Shown piece by piece: positions 8,484 through 19,310 of a stretch of 64,000 nucleotides of DNA (position 1 is its first letter; each line of letters begins with the position of its first letter). Below the pieces are notes generated by a model. That model did no database searches. It saw only the letters and a program-made list of their open reading frames with translations, and had not been told where the DNA came from. Source of the stretch: an uncultured virus (IMG/VR IMGVR_UViG_3300024261_000020) (lineage: Duplodnaviria > Heunggongvirae > Uroviricota > Caudoviricetes); IMG/VR virus record IMGVR_UViG_3300024261_000020, positions 1 through 64,000 of that record; one strand, given 5' to 3'. The translations under genes and the position numbers were made by a program.

Positions 8484-10058
8484 TTAGCTGAACTTAATAT
8501 CATAAGAGGAAATAAAAACTTCTTCCTCATTTGCGTTCTGAGCCCGATGTGTTCTTGCCGGTACCGGACGACCCTGGCTATCGAATGCAATTTTGCTCAA
8601 TGGAAGAGCAAGTTTAGGACAGTAAAGCTCAACAGTCGTAGAGTGCTTGATAAGGTCTCCTCTCTGAACCGCAGCCTCAATGTGCTTGGCTCTTTCAGAG
8701 TCCTGATCGGTAGAGGAATGCTTTAATAACTGAGTGAACTTATCAAATGCTGCTTTGAACTGTGAAGAGTCGAAGCGGTTCTGAATGACCGAAAGTGCAT
8801 TCTCTGCAAGCGTGTAATCCTTAGTCGAAATTCCTTTTAGCATCATGTCGTTAAGCTCGTGGTAAGACGCTGTCGATAGGTTTCCGGTATGTCTCGCAAC
8901 CTTAACAGTTCTGCTGTTACCCTTCACATCGGAAAGGAACCTTGCATATCCTGCTTGGCTGAAATCATAAACCTGCTCTACATCAGAAGTTGCGGCTGCA
9001 AATCTGTTCGGCAGGTTTGGATGATCATTGTGAATCTCGACGGGAACCTTAACGACTGCCATACCCTTTTCTGTAGGGACATGTGCATCGAATACGATTT
9101 CTCTATCAGATGCCGTTACTATTTTTACCTGTGGATTAAACGCTCCGAATGACTTAAGCTCATCAGACACCATAGTGACTGCTTCTGCTACTGACTTAGC
9201 GGAGTGCATTGTTGAGGCCGAAACTAATGTAGTTTCAAACTGTGCAAATTTCTCAAGACTTGCAGGTACAACCTGCTTAGCTACCTTAACAGATTCGCCG
9301 AATGTTCTCTGGGATGCGAATTTCTGCTGAGCAACATGCCTTTTTTCGTCTCTTGCTTCCTTGATGGCAAGCCAAAGACTGTCTTTGGTGAGTGGGACTG
9401 TACCCTCTCCCTGAACAAGTGCTGTTGGAGGCTGCACAATCCCGCCACTGATCTGGACAGGAACATGAACTGCTACTTTGTTGAAGCCGTCATTGTAAAG
9501 TGCTGCCACTAATACGAAGTGCTCATTCTCAGAAACTATTTCAACTGCGGAAGGAGTCTGTCCTTCTGCGGTTAATCCTGCGATAACAACTTTATTGACC
9601 ATGTTGCCCTGCTGAGGTGCATATGTTCCAAAAGAGTTGTCTTTTCCGAATCCGAATGCAGTTGAGAATGCATCGGAGAGTTCCTGATTTACAGGAGCAA
9701 TGCTTAGTCCACCTTCACGGTCGGCTCTAAGTGCTGAAGCTGTTTTGGTTGGCTCTACATACTGGCGCTTCTCAGTGAGTAAGTCTCCAAGCTCATTTCT
9801 GAACGCAGAATGTCCGCCACCCAAGCCAATCATTTGGTCATAGATGCCGGTAAGCTCTGCCTGAGAAACGAACTGTTGTGTCTGAAGCCTGCTCAGAACT
9901 ACATTCCTCATATTGTTGATGAGAAGATCATGCGGGTTTTCTTCCGCAGATTTTACGAACCTCTCACAAACATATGCAGATGTATAGAGCTTGCCATTCT
10001 CAAGCTGCTCCAGTGCCTTTTGGGCTTCTTTGATTATATCGAAAATTTCCTTCTGCAT
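8484..10058 (-). CDS. Hypothetical protein with an internal domain duplication, probable virion protein
   Basis: Start moved to ATG 10058 (MQKEIF, RBS AAGGA); two copies of a unit ending VxVPVxIxxxxxxxP. Confidence 0.65.
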   Translation of the reverse strand: MQKEIFDIIKEAQKALEQLENGKLYTSAYVCERFVKSAEENPHDLLINNMRNVVLSRLQTQQFVSQAELTGIYDQMIGLGGGHSAFRNELGDLLTEKRQYVEPTKTASALRADREGGLSIAPVNQELSDAFSTAFGFGKDNSFGTYAPQQGNMVNKVVIAGLTAEGQTPSAVEIVSENEHFVLVAALYNDGFNKVAVHVPVQISGGIVQPPTALVQGEGTVPLTKDSLWLAIKEARDEKRHVAQQKFASQRTFGESVKVAKQVVPASLEKFAQFETTLVSASTMHSAKSVAEAVTMVSDELKSFGAFNPQVKIVTASDREIVFDAHVPTEKGMAVVKVPVEIHNDHPNLPNRFAAATSDVEQVYDFSQAGYARFLSDVKGNSRTVKVARHTGNLSTASYHELNDMMLKGISTKDYTLAENALSVIQNRFDSSQFKAAFDKFTQLLKHSSTDQDSERAKHIEAAVQRGDLIKHSTTVELYCPKLALPLSKIAFDSQGRPVPARTHRAQNANEEEVFISSYDIKFS

Positions 10059-10068
10059 ATTCTGTTCC

Positions 10069-10578
10069 TTAAATGTATTTGCCAAGCTCAGGGAAGCTTG
10101 AAAGGAGGGATCTTTTTTTAGCTTCTGGCTGCTCTGCGAATACTTCCTTAAGGAAACCATCATCAGCACCAATCTTGTCAAGCAGGGCTTCCTTAAATGT
10201 TAATACGTCTTCAGGGGTAAATCCATATGTGTCAGAAGAAAATCTTGCAATTGGCTTACTCTTGTATGCCAAAGTGATATTCCTCTTATCATAATCTGAT
10301 GTCGCAGACCACTCTCCAACAACCGTCTCTTCGGACTGTGGGTTCGAAGCTCTAACTAAATGAGGGACTCCGTCAACATCCTGAAGAATCCAAAGATCCC
10401 TGTAAGGATCATTGTCAACTTTATACACGTCAAATGCAATTTTTCTAATGTGACCTTGCGATACAAGACTATCATCGTACTTAATGGCGTTCTTATCGGC
10501 CAAAGACTTTGATTGCTTGGCTAAAGTTTTCATAAGCACTCTGTCAATATTTGCAAGATACTTTTCTCTTGTGGTCAT
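10069..10578 (-). CDS. Hypothetical protein
   Basis: 169 aa, RBS GAGG, TATTAATA 31 nt upstream. Confidence 0.6.
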   Translation of the reverse strand: MTTREKYLANIDRVLMKTLAKQSKSLADKNAIKYDDSLVSQGHIRKIAFDVYKVDNDPYRDLWILQDVDGVPHLVRASNPQSEETVVGEWSATSDYDKRNITLAYKSKPIARFSSDTYGFTPEDVLTFKEALLDKIGADDGFLKEVFAEQPEAKKRSLLSSFPELGKYI

Positions 10579-10601
10579 GGACTGTTCCCTCTTCGTAGAA
10601 T

Positions 10602-11063
10602 CTACTGTTTATTAATAGAAAGCTCATCAGCGATTTGATCACTATTTTTAGCTTCCTCTATTTGTCTCAATATTCGTTGAATGTTAGAATTGTTGCCACA
10701 AATCTTCTTCAGCTTCTTAATAATTCCGCCATATCTTTTCTTGTCATTTTTATAGTCAATATTACCATGTAAAGCCTTATGCACGGCAGATTGTGTGATA
10801 CCGAGATGTTCAGCAATTTCGTTCTGAGTTTTTCCAACAAGGCGCATCATTAGGATCTTTTTCTGATGATCGGTTAAAGAATCGCCATGAATGATGTCAT
10901 AAATCTCTTCTAATAGCTCCTCTCTCAGGTCTTGGATCTGTTCGTTGGACTCATTGTCGGAAAGCATATTTCCGATGCCTCTGCTCTCAGGGAAGTTATT
11001 TAGTTTGCCCTGATCAAAAGAGATCTCCACAATCTTGTGTTGGTAAAGTTTTGATTTATTCAT
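10602..11063 (-). CDS. Sigma-70 region 4/LuxR-type HTH protein
   Basis: LTDHQKKILMMRLVGKTQNEIAEHLGITQSAVHKAL; start likely ATG 11063 overlapping the primase stop (TAATG). Confidence 0.7.
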   Translation of the reverse strand: MNKSKLYQHKIVEISFDQGKLNNFPESRGIGNMLSDNESNEQIQDLREELLEEIYDIIHGDSLTDHQKKILMMRLVGKTQNEIAEHLGITQSAVHKALHGNIDYKNDKKRYGGIIKKLKKICGNNSNIQRILRQIEEAKNSDQIADELSINKQ

Positions 11064-11875
11064 TAGTTTTTCCACTCCATGTTTTCTAATTCGGGACTAC
11101 ACTCTGTGAGTGTGTCGAAAAAGTCTCTTCGGGAATAACCAGCTCTAAAAAAATCATCTACATCTTTATATTTGTCGGGAAGAGACAGGAACCTGAGCTT
11201 TATACCCTTGTTCATAAATTTCTTGTTAATACGAGAAATGGCCTTCCTCCCTCCGTCATCACTATCGAGAACAAAAGTGAATGTATGTGCGTACCTTGCC
11301 AATCTAACGAAATGATCTTTCGAGAATCCTGTTCCGCAAATGGCAACGGAGTTTTTAATTCCATTCTCTTGCAGTTGAATTGCGTCGAAGTTACCTTCGC
11401 AGACGAATACTTCTCCCTTGGCAAGGATAGAACCCCTCGCACGATTAAACCCAAAGAGTGTGGTGCTTTTCTTGAATGAGCTATTTTCATATTTAGCTAT
11501 TCCAAGCATTTCTCTTTGGGTATCGGAAATGAGAGTTCTGCCATTAATGCCGACAGGCTCTCCGTATTCATTGTAAATGGGGAATACCAGATAGTAAAAA
11601 TCCGCAAACTTTGAGTTTCCGGAGTAATCTATGATATTCAATTTTTCTAAGGTTGCACGAGACACGTACTTTGTAAGCATGTTAATGCTCTGTGGAAAGT
11701 AGCCAATCTTGTGGTTTTCGATAGCGGCTTCAGACATACCTCTAGTGTCTCTCAAGTATGCTAAGCATTCTGGAGAGTTCTTAAGATTCGTTTGACAAAT
11801 CTTTATTAAGGTTTCTAAGTCTTTAATCATTCCGGTATCCAAAGCGTATTTACGCTTCTCTCGATTCATCATCAT
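11063..11875 (-). CDS. dnaG: DNA primase catalytic core (DnaG TOPRIM) lacking the zinc-binding domain
   Basis: YLRDTRG, IGYFP, FPI..GINGR, KYENS, CEGNFD, DSD and KDVDD motifs; exact start uncertain (11869-11887). Confidence 0.85.
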   Translation of the reverse strand: MMMNREKRKYALDTGMIKDLETLIKICQTNLKNSPECLAYLRDTRGMSEAAIENHKIGYFPQSINMLTKYVSRATLEKLNIIDYSGNSKFADFYYLVFPIYNEYGEPVGINGRTLISDTQREMLGIAKYENSSFKKSTTLFGFNRARGSILAKGEVFVCEGNFDAIQLQENGIKNSVAICGTGFSKDHFVRLARYAHTFTFVLDSDDGGRKAISRINKKFMNKGIKLRFLSLPDKYKDVDDFFRAGYSRRDFFDTLTECSPELENMEWKN

Positions 11876-12197
11876 TTGTTCCAACATTTTCCATCGAGTT
11901 TATCATAAAACGAGATACATTGAACTTACAATCTTTCTCGCAGCCTAAGCCTTTAAGGTCACCATCAACAACGGAAGTTTCAACTTTTTTCTTACAAGTT
12001 TTGCAATCAAAAATGAACGCTTTGCCGTCCTTCTTAATTACATCTCCACTGCTTTTCATAGACCTCTTGGTGAACGAGGCAACATTCATTAGTTCAAGAC
12101 CACAGTTTTTGCAGATGACCTCATCTGTATCAGGATCTAAAGACCCCTCCGTAGTTCCATCACTCAATTTACAACCAGGGTTGCAGCGTAATAACAT
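11850..12197 (-). CDS. Cys-rich zinc-finger protein
   Basis: CNPGC, CKNC, CKTC and CEKDC pairs. Confidence 0.6.
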   Translation of the reverse strand: MLLRCNPGCKLSDGTTEGSLDPDTDEVICKNCGLELMNVASFTKRSMKSSGDVIKKDGKAFIFDCKTCKKKVETSVVDGDLKGLGCEKDCKFNVSRFMINSMENVGTNDDESREA

Positions 12198-12247
12198 CTT
12201 CAGCTCCCTACATTAGTAGAATTACCGGTTTCCTCAGTACAAAGTCA

Positions 12248-12277
12248 AACGGCACCGACAGAATAGTCGGTGCCGTT
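12248..12277 (-). terminator. Rho-independent terminator after recA
   Basis: Perfect 12-bp inverted repeat AACGGCACCGAC/GTCGGTGCCGTT. Confidence 0.7.
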
Positions 12278-12290
12278 GCTCAAAAGTTTC

Positions 12291-13463
12291 TTAGAATAAT
12301 TCGTCAACAGTCTCCGCCGTAAATGTTTCTACCTCTACGCCAGGATCGGGCGTTTCGGATATCTCGTTATCAAGATAAGATGCTCTAAGATCGGTTTCTA
12401 CCTGCTCAAGTCGGGTCCCAATGTGAGCAATGAATTTGTCTTTACCAACAATCGTCTCTCCCCTATAGATATAAGTTCTGTTATTGGGGCGTTCGAATAA
12501 GTTTTCAAGAAGACCTGCCTCGAACAATTCCTCTTCCTGTTTGACCATTCCGACCACATACTCAATGCTGTACTCTGCCTTCTTGAAAGGTGGAGCACAT
12601 TTGTTCTTTGTAATCTTGGCACGAACCTTGTGCCCAATCTGCTCGTCATTATGGTTGAAAATCTTAGCTTCCTTCTTGTTGATGGTCGCTACCATAATCT
12701 GCACAGAGCAAGCGTGGTGCCATGCCCTTCCGCCAGGAGTAGTTGTAGGATCGCCATACATAACTCCAATAGCTGTCTTGACATGGTTGATGCCGAACAG
12801 TGCTACGTTAGCCTTAGCGACCGCTGGGGTCAACTTTTTAAGCTCTGTAGTTAAGAATCTCGCCATAGATGCAACATTCTGCTTACCAACTATGGAAGCC
12901 TCTTCCGTAGGAGTGTTCATAGAAGCTACAGAATCTACGATTATGACTCGCATTTTGCCAAGGTCGAATGTTCTAGTCTCGTCCCTTGCATTCTTTCCCT
13001 GGATAGTTTGACCGTTCTCAATCATATCGAGCAATCCGTCCACATGCTTTACAGTCTTCGCAGTCTTTGTGGTTTTGCCAACCAAGCCTGTGAAAATCTT
13101 TTCAGCAGCGTTTGTCTTAATGAGCATCATTCTGTCATTATCAACTCCGAGTAGCTCAGCCCAATCTGGATCATAAGTATACTCTGCATCAATAAAGCAT
13201 GCACAATTTCCTGGGTCCAATGCCATCCATTCTGCTGCGGCAATAAGTGTTAGCTGCGTCTTACCAGCAGAGGGCGTTCCTGCCACCTGCATAATTCTTC
13301 CAAGAGGGTAGCCTCCAACTCCCAATGCTCTATCAAGAGCCGGTGAGCCGGATGGTGTAGTCTCTACAGGTGGGATATCTCTTGGGTTCAAAAAGATGTT
13401 TTCTTCGCCGAACATGCTGGCGACCTGGGAATATGCTTTCCCAGGTGATAGTTTTTCTGACAT
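12291..13463 (-). CDS. recA: RecA recombinase
   Basis: SGSPALDRALGVGGYPLGR, GTPSAGKT, FIDAE, IIVDSVA, TTPGGRA, KNKCAPPF. Confidence 0.95.
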   Translation of the reverse strand: MSEKLSPGKAYSQVASMFGEENIFLNPRDIPPVETTPSGSPALDRALGVGGYPLGRIMQVAGTPSAGKTQLTLIAAAEWMALDPGNCACFIDAEYTYDPDWAELLGVDNDRMMLIKTNAAEKIFTGLVGKTTKTAKTVKHVDGLLDMIENGQTIQGKNARDETRTFDLGKMRVIIVDSVASMNTPTEEASIVGKQNVASMARFLTTELKKLTPAVAKANVALFGINHVKTAIGVMYGDPTTTPGGRAWHHACSVQIMVATINKKEAKIFNHNDEQIGHKVRAKITKNKCAPPFKKAEYSIEYVVGMVKQEEELFEAGLLENLFERPNNRTYIYRGETIVGKDKFIAHIGTRLEQVETDLRASYLDNEISETPDPGVEVETFTAETVDELF

Positions 13464-13473
13464 TTATGTCTCC

Positions 13474-13944
13474 TTAGTATTTGTGATTTAGCCCAATGTG
13501 TTTTGCCATTTTCAAAATATGCTGAACAAATTCGTTATATTCTAATTCGTGTTTCGCGAAATTACATTTGCTACAACATGCTACGGAGTTTTCTTTGTAA
13601 TACCCAATATTAGAATCAACTCTATCAATCCCATATCCGGTACCTCTATCGAAATTATCTCCACAGTAGTTGCATTGGTTAGTTTGTAATTCCTCAAAGT
13701 CCTCTTTTGTTAATTTTTGCTCAATGCCTTTAGTTTTGGCTAATGCCTTAAAGCTCGCAAATCTGCCATCAACTGTTCTGCTGTATTTGTAGTTCCTTGC
13801 CTTAATTGTTTCAGAATTCTTCTTTCTATATTCTGAACACTTTTGATTAAAGCAATCCCTGCACTGTTTTCGATACTTTCCACTTTCTTTCCTGAAATGA
13901 AAATGGTCTAAATCTTTATTCTTTCCGCATTTAGAACAAATCAT
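13474..13944 (-). CDS. HNH-type homing endonuclease
   Basis: CSKC..CRDC, CNYC, GIDRVDSNIGY..N...CCSKCN; AT-rich. Confidence 0.8.
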   Translation of the reverse strand: MICSKCGKNKDLDHFHFRKESGKYRKQCRDCFNQKCSEYRKKNSETIKARNYKYSRTVDGRFASFKALAKTKGIEQKLTKEDFEELQTNQCNYCGDNFDRGTGYGIDRVDSNIGYYKENSVACCSKCNFAKHELEYNEFVQHILKMAKHIGLNHKY

Positions 13945-13945
13945 C

Positions 13946-16334
<2,389 letters not shown>

Positions 16335-16386
16335 TATGACCTCAGTTTTGGTATAAGTTAGTTATACTACAAAAACTGAAGTCATA
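16335..16386. repeat. Long inverted repeat in the divergent HNH/ruvC intergenic region
   Basis: Arms TATGACCTCAGTTTT/AAAACTGAAGTCATA (14/15 complementary) enclosing GTATAA/TTATAC. Confidence 0.75.
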
Positions 16387-16398
16387 CAAGGAGTTCTT

Positions 16399-16941
16399 AT
16401 GAAAATTTTATCACTAGATATATCTAGTGCTACCATTGGTTGGTCAACTTTTATTATAGAAAGCAATTTGATCAGCTTGCATAAATATGGCCATATAAAG
16501 CCTCTTACTAAAAAAAAGGCTGCCGGACTTCTTCATCTAAGACTTGATGATGCCTGCAAGGCAATAAAAGAACTTATTGAAGAACATCAGCCGGACATAT
16601 TTGCGGTGGAAGATTATGCTTTAAAATTTCCGAAAGGTAAAAGCTCTGCAAATACAATTAGAATCTTAAGTGTATTCAATGAAACAGTTAGGCTATGTGC
16701 ATATCAAAATGGGATATCTAAAATAATCGCAATAAATGTAAATACTGCAAGAAAGTTAATCAAGAACTCTTATGATTTTGAGATAAAAGAGAAGGAAGAT
16801 TCAATCATTTTCGCCAAAGAGTTTTTAAATTACAAAACGCATCTTAACAAGATTGGGAACGTTAAAAAAGAGTGCGAAGATGAAGCTGACAGCATTGTCA
16901 TTGGTGTTGCTTATTTTTTATCTAAAGAGCAACTCATCTAA
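16399..16941 (+). CDS. ruvC: RuvC-like Holliday junction resolvase
   Basis: ILSLDISSATIGW, FAVED, DEADSIVIG; RBS AAGGAG. Confidence 0.8.
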   Translation: MKILSLDISSATIGWSTFIIESNLISLHKYGHIKPLTKKKAAGLLHLRLDDACKAIKELIEEHQPDIFAVEDYALKFPKGKSSANTIRILSVFNETVRLCAYQNGISKIIAINVNTARKLIKNSYDFEIKEKEDSIIFAKEFLNYKTHLNKIGNVKKECEDEADSIVIGVAYFLSKEQLI

Positions 16942-16969
16942 AACTTCTTTCATGGTCACTTTTCTCCAA

Positions 16970-17017
16970 ACAAAGAACCCCCGTACACGTCTGCTGAAAT
17001 GTACGGGGGTTCTTTGT
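16970..17017. terminator. Bidirectional terminator between convergent ruvC and ssb
   Basis: Perfect 18-bp inverted repeat ACAAAGAACCCCCGTACA/TGTACGGGGGTTCTTTGT. Confidence 0.8.
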
Positions 17018-17043
17018 GAATTTCAGATATTCAATTTTGAGGA

Positions 17044-17691
17044 TCAACCATCAAATTCGAATTCAAAGCTTTCGCCACCCTCGGCTGGAGTCTCAGTCTC
17101 GGCCGAAGCGGACTCAGACGCAGCGCCTGGAGGTGCCCAACCAAGAAGCTCATATACATGAGCAGGATCGGATGGAGTAATGAGTCTCTCAATGTTGAGG
17201 CTCTCATTGAAGTCCTTCCAGGTTCCCTGGAGTTCTGCGGCCAATGCTTCCTTAGGATCAGGATACACATTGTAGAGAGGCTGTTGACCCTTGGGTCCTC
17301 TGTTGATAGTTACATCATAAGAAGTAACCTTGCCCCACTTCGGGTTCTGAACGAGATCGCGGATGCCCTTGAAAATCTGGGGGCCAACCTCAAGAAGCTT
17401 GAAAGTGTCGTCGGAACGATCCAGAACCTTAAGCAACCAACGGGTTGAACGCTTAAATCCAGCTTCCTCAAGCTTATCGACAAGGCCGGCATCCTCGATT
17501 GGGGTGTTTACCTTTCTGCGCTTGCCCTCAGTGGTATCTACCCAGTTTACATAGAATTTGATTGGCTGGCCCATGACACGAACTACGCTCGAACCCTGCT
17601 CTAATCTCATGAACTCTGTGCGCGGTCCACGGCCACCTGAATCTACCTCAGGATCATTCCAATCTACTTCACCAAATGTTAAATCTGCCAT
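17044..17691 (-). CDS. Phage single-stranded DNA-binding protein
   Basis: gp32-like pattern (FKLLEVGPQIF, YDVTINRG, PLYNV) with acidic-aromatic tail ESFEFEFDG; within the recombination cluster. Confidence 0.7.
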   Translation of the reverse strand: MADLTFGEVDWNDPEVDSGGRGPRTEFMRLEQGSSVVRVMGQPIKFYVNWVDTTEGKRRKVNTPIEDAGLVDKLEEAGFKRSTRWLLKVLDRSDDTFKLLEVGPQIFKGIRDLVQNPKWGKVTSYDVTINRGPKGQQPLYNVYPDPKEALAAELQGTWKDFNESLNIERLITPSDPAHVYELLGWAPPGAASESASAETETPAEGGESFEFEFDG

Positions 17692-17756
17692 TTAAGTTTC
17701 TCCTTATTGACTTTGTTTTATCGTGAGTCCTTGCTAAAAAGTTATAGCAAATGGGA

Positions 17757-18338
17757 CTATTTCCACATCGTATCGTCTTCAGTATCACCCCAGTTTTTTT
17801 CATCAACTTCTGTTGATTCTGGGTCGGTGGAGTGTAATTCCGACCCTAAGTCTCTCCCTATATTATACCCGTTCGACTGGACATTTCCAAGCCGTTCGAG
17901 AGAATAATCTCTATTAAGGAAAGTCTTGAAAGCATAGTGCCAGCTTGAAAAATTGCCGGCTTTATTCTCAAAATATTTCTTAGCAGCCTTCGCCAAAGTT
18001 AGCTCATTAAGCGCATCAATGTACTCATCGTCAGCGTTTCCAAACCACTCTTTATCTTTAACCGTTTTATATCCTGCTGCCTTCGCTCTACCAATTGCGC
18101 CAAACCACGCTCTGTTCTTTTCAGACTCTTTATATCCGATCCAAATATCAATCTTGGCAATATGCTCCTGACATACATTCTGCCCATGAAGAGAATAAAT
18201 CATTCCACGTTCAGCAATGTTTACGTCAACCACTCCGCCCTTCGGAAACCATGCAGCGATTTTATCAATCTCTGAAGTATCCAAAGCAGCTATCGTAAAA
18301 TAGCTTAGATCTGCAACTTTAAGAAAACTACTCATCAT
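17757..18338 (-). CDS. Hypothetical protein, possibly UvsY-like recombination mediator
   Basis: Helical KTVKDKEWFGNADDEYI pattern, adjacent to ssb. Confidence 0.4.
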   Translation of the reverse strand: MMSSFLKVADLSYFTIAALDTSEIDKIAAWFPKGGVVDVNIAERGMIYSLHGQNVCQEHIAKIDIWIGYKESEKNRAWFGAIGRAKAAGYKTVKDKEWFGNADDEYIDALNELTLAKAAKKYFENKAGNFSSWHYAFKTFLNRDYSLERLGNVQSNGYNIGRDLGSELHSTDPESTEVDEKNWGDTEDDTMWK

Positions 18339-18627
18339 TCAACCTCTTTTCAAGCTCCGAAACTCTGTTTTCCAGAAATTCCAGTTTGTTCAATTTTGAA
18401 TCAACCGCTCTTAACCTTTGATTCATTGTTAAGTTTAGCAGAAAAAAGATGATGGCCATCGAGGTCGGGTCCGTCGTGGACGGGGTGACTGATAATATCC
18501 TACCCTCGTCATCAGACTGGAATGTGTCAGCGAAAACAGATTTTCCAAAAACCTTCATGAGTTCTTCGCAGTACTCATATTCAGCATTCGTCATATCAAC
18601 TATGCGCCCAGCGACGGTCCTAATCAT
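18328..18627 (-). CDS. Hypothetical protein
   Basis: 99 aa, overlaps neighbours, coiled-coil C-terminus. Confidence 0.55.
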   Translation of the reverse strand: MIRTVAGRIVDMTNAEYEYCEELMKVFGKSVFADTFQSDDEGRILSVTPSTTDPTSMAIIFFLLNLTMNQRLRAVDSKLNKLEFLENRVSELEKRLNDE

Positions 18628-19121
18628 GAGCCTGCCCTTCTTACCATCGCTCCTGACTTACTTCCAACGCCGGCTTTTCTGGCAATATCTCTTAGACGCT
18701 TAGCTTTTTCATTTGCGCTTTCAGCCCTCGTTCTGACGGTTATCGTTTCTTCGGGCATTTCCTGAAGCTCCTCGTATTCACGAGCTACTTGCGCCCTCAT
18801 ACGAGCCTTAGCTTCCGCATCAGTTTCTTCCTCACCCTCTTCTGCCGATATAGGCGGTCCTGAGTTTGTCATCATCTTCTGGAAATACTTCTGCCCAATA
18901 CCATTCTTAATCTCATTCATTACAAACAGTGCAATATCGAATGCGAGTTCCTCAGAGAAATCTATTGAAAAGCTCTGCTTCCCTAGACGATTCCTTAACA
19001 AAGATATGTCGCGCATCTCATTGTCAGAGAATAGTTGAGAGCCACAGGCTGGACAAATATTCTTCATTAGAGCAAACTTCATGTCCTGATTTACTGCAAA
19101 TTTACATTTTCCACAATTCAT
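18624..19121 (-). CDS. Zinc-ribbon hypothetical protein
   Basis: CGKC..CPAC at the N-terminus. Confidence 0.6.
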   Translation of the reverse strand: MNCGKCKFAVNQDMKFALMKNICPACGSQLFSDNEMRDISLLRNRLGKQSFSIDFSEELAFDIALFVMNEIKNGIGQKYFQKMMTNSGPPISAEEGEEETDAEAKARMRAQVAREYEELQEMPEETITVRTRAESANEKAKRLRDIARKAGVGSKSGAMVRRAGS

Positions 19122-19310
19122 TTAGTTTCCCTCTCTTTTCGTTAAGTGCCATCCAAAGCAGAAGGTGCAGAGATACCAAGACAAAACGACTTTTCTATCA
19201 AGATAGATTTTGTCGGCAGCTTCCGCTACTTCGTCTTTTGACGAAAACTTCTTCTTTCTTCCGCAGGATCTATGGAAGACCCTGTTTCGTTTTGCTTTGA
19301 TGTTTCTCAT
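19122..19310 (-). CDS. Small zinc-binding phage protein
   Basis: C-GRKKKF..YLCTFCFGWHLT; ATGA-coupled to dnaE. Confidence 0.55.
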   Translation of the reverse strand: MRNIKAKRNRVFHRSCGRKKKFSSKDEVAEAADKIYLDRKVVLSWYLCTFCFGWHLTKREGN

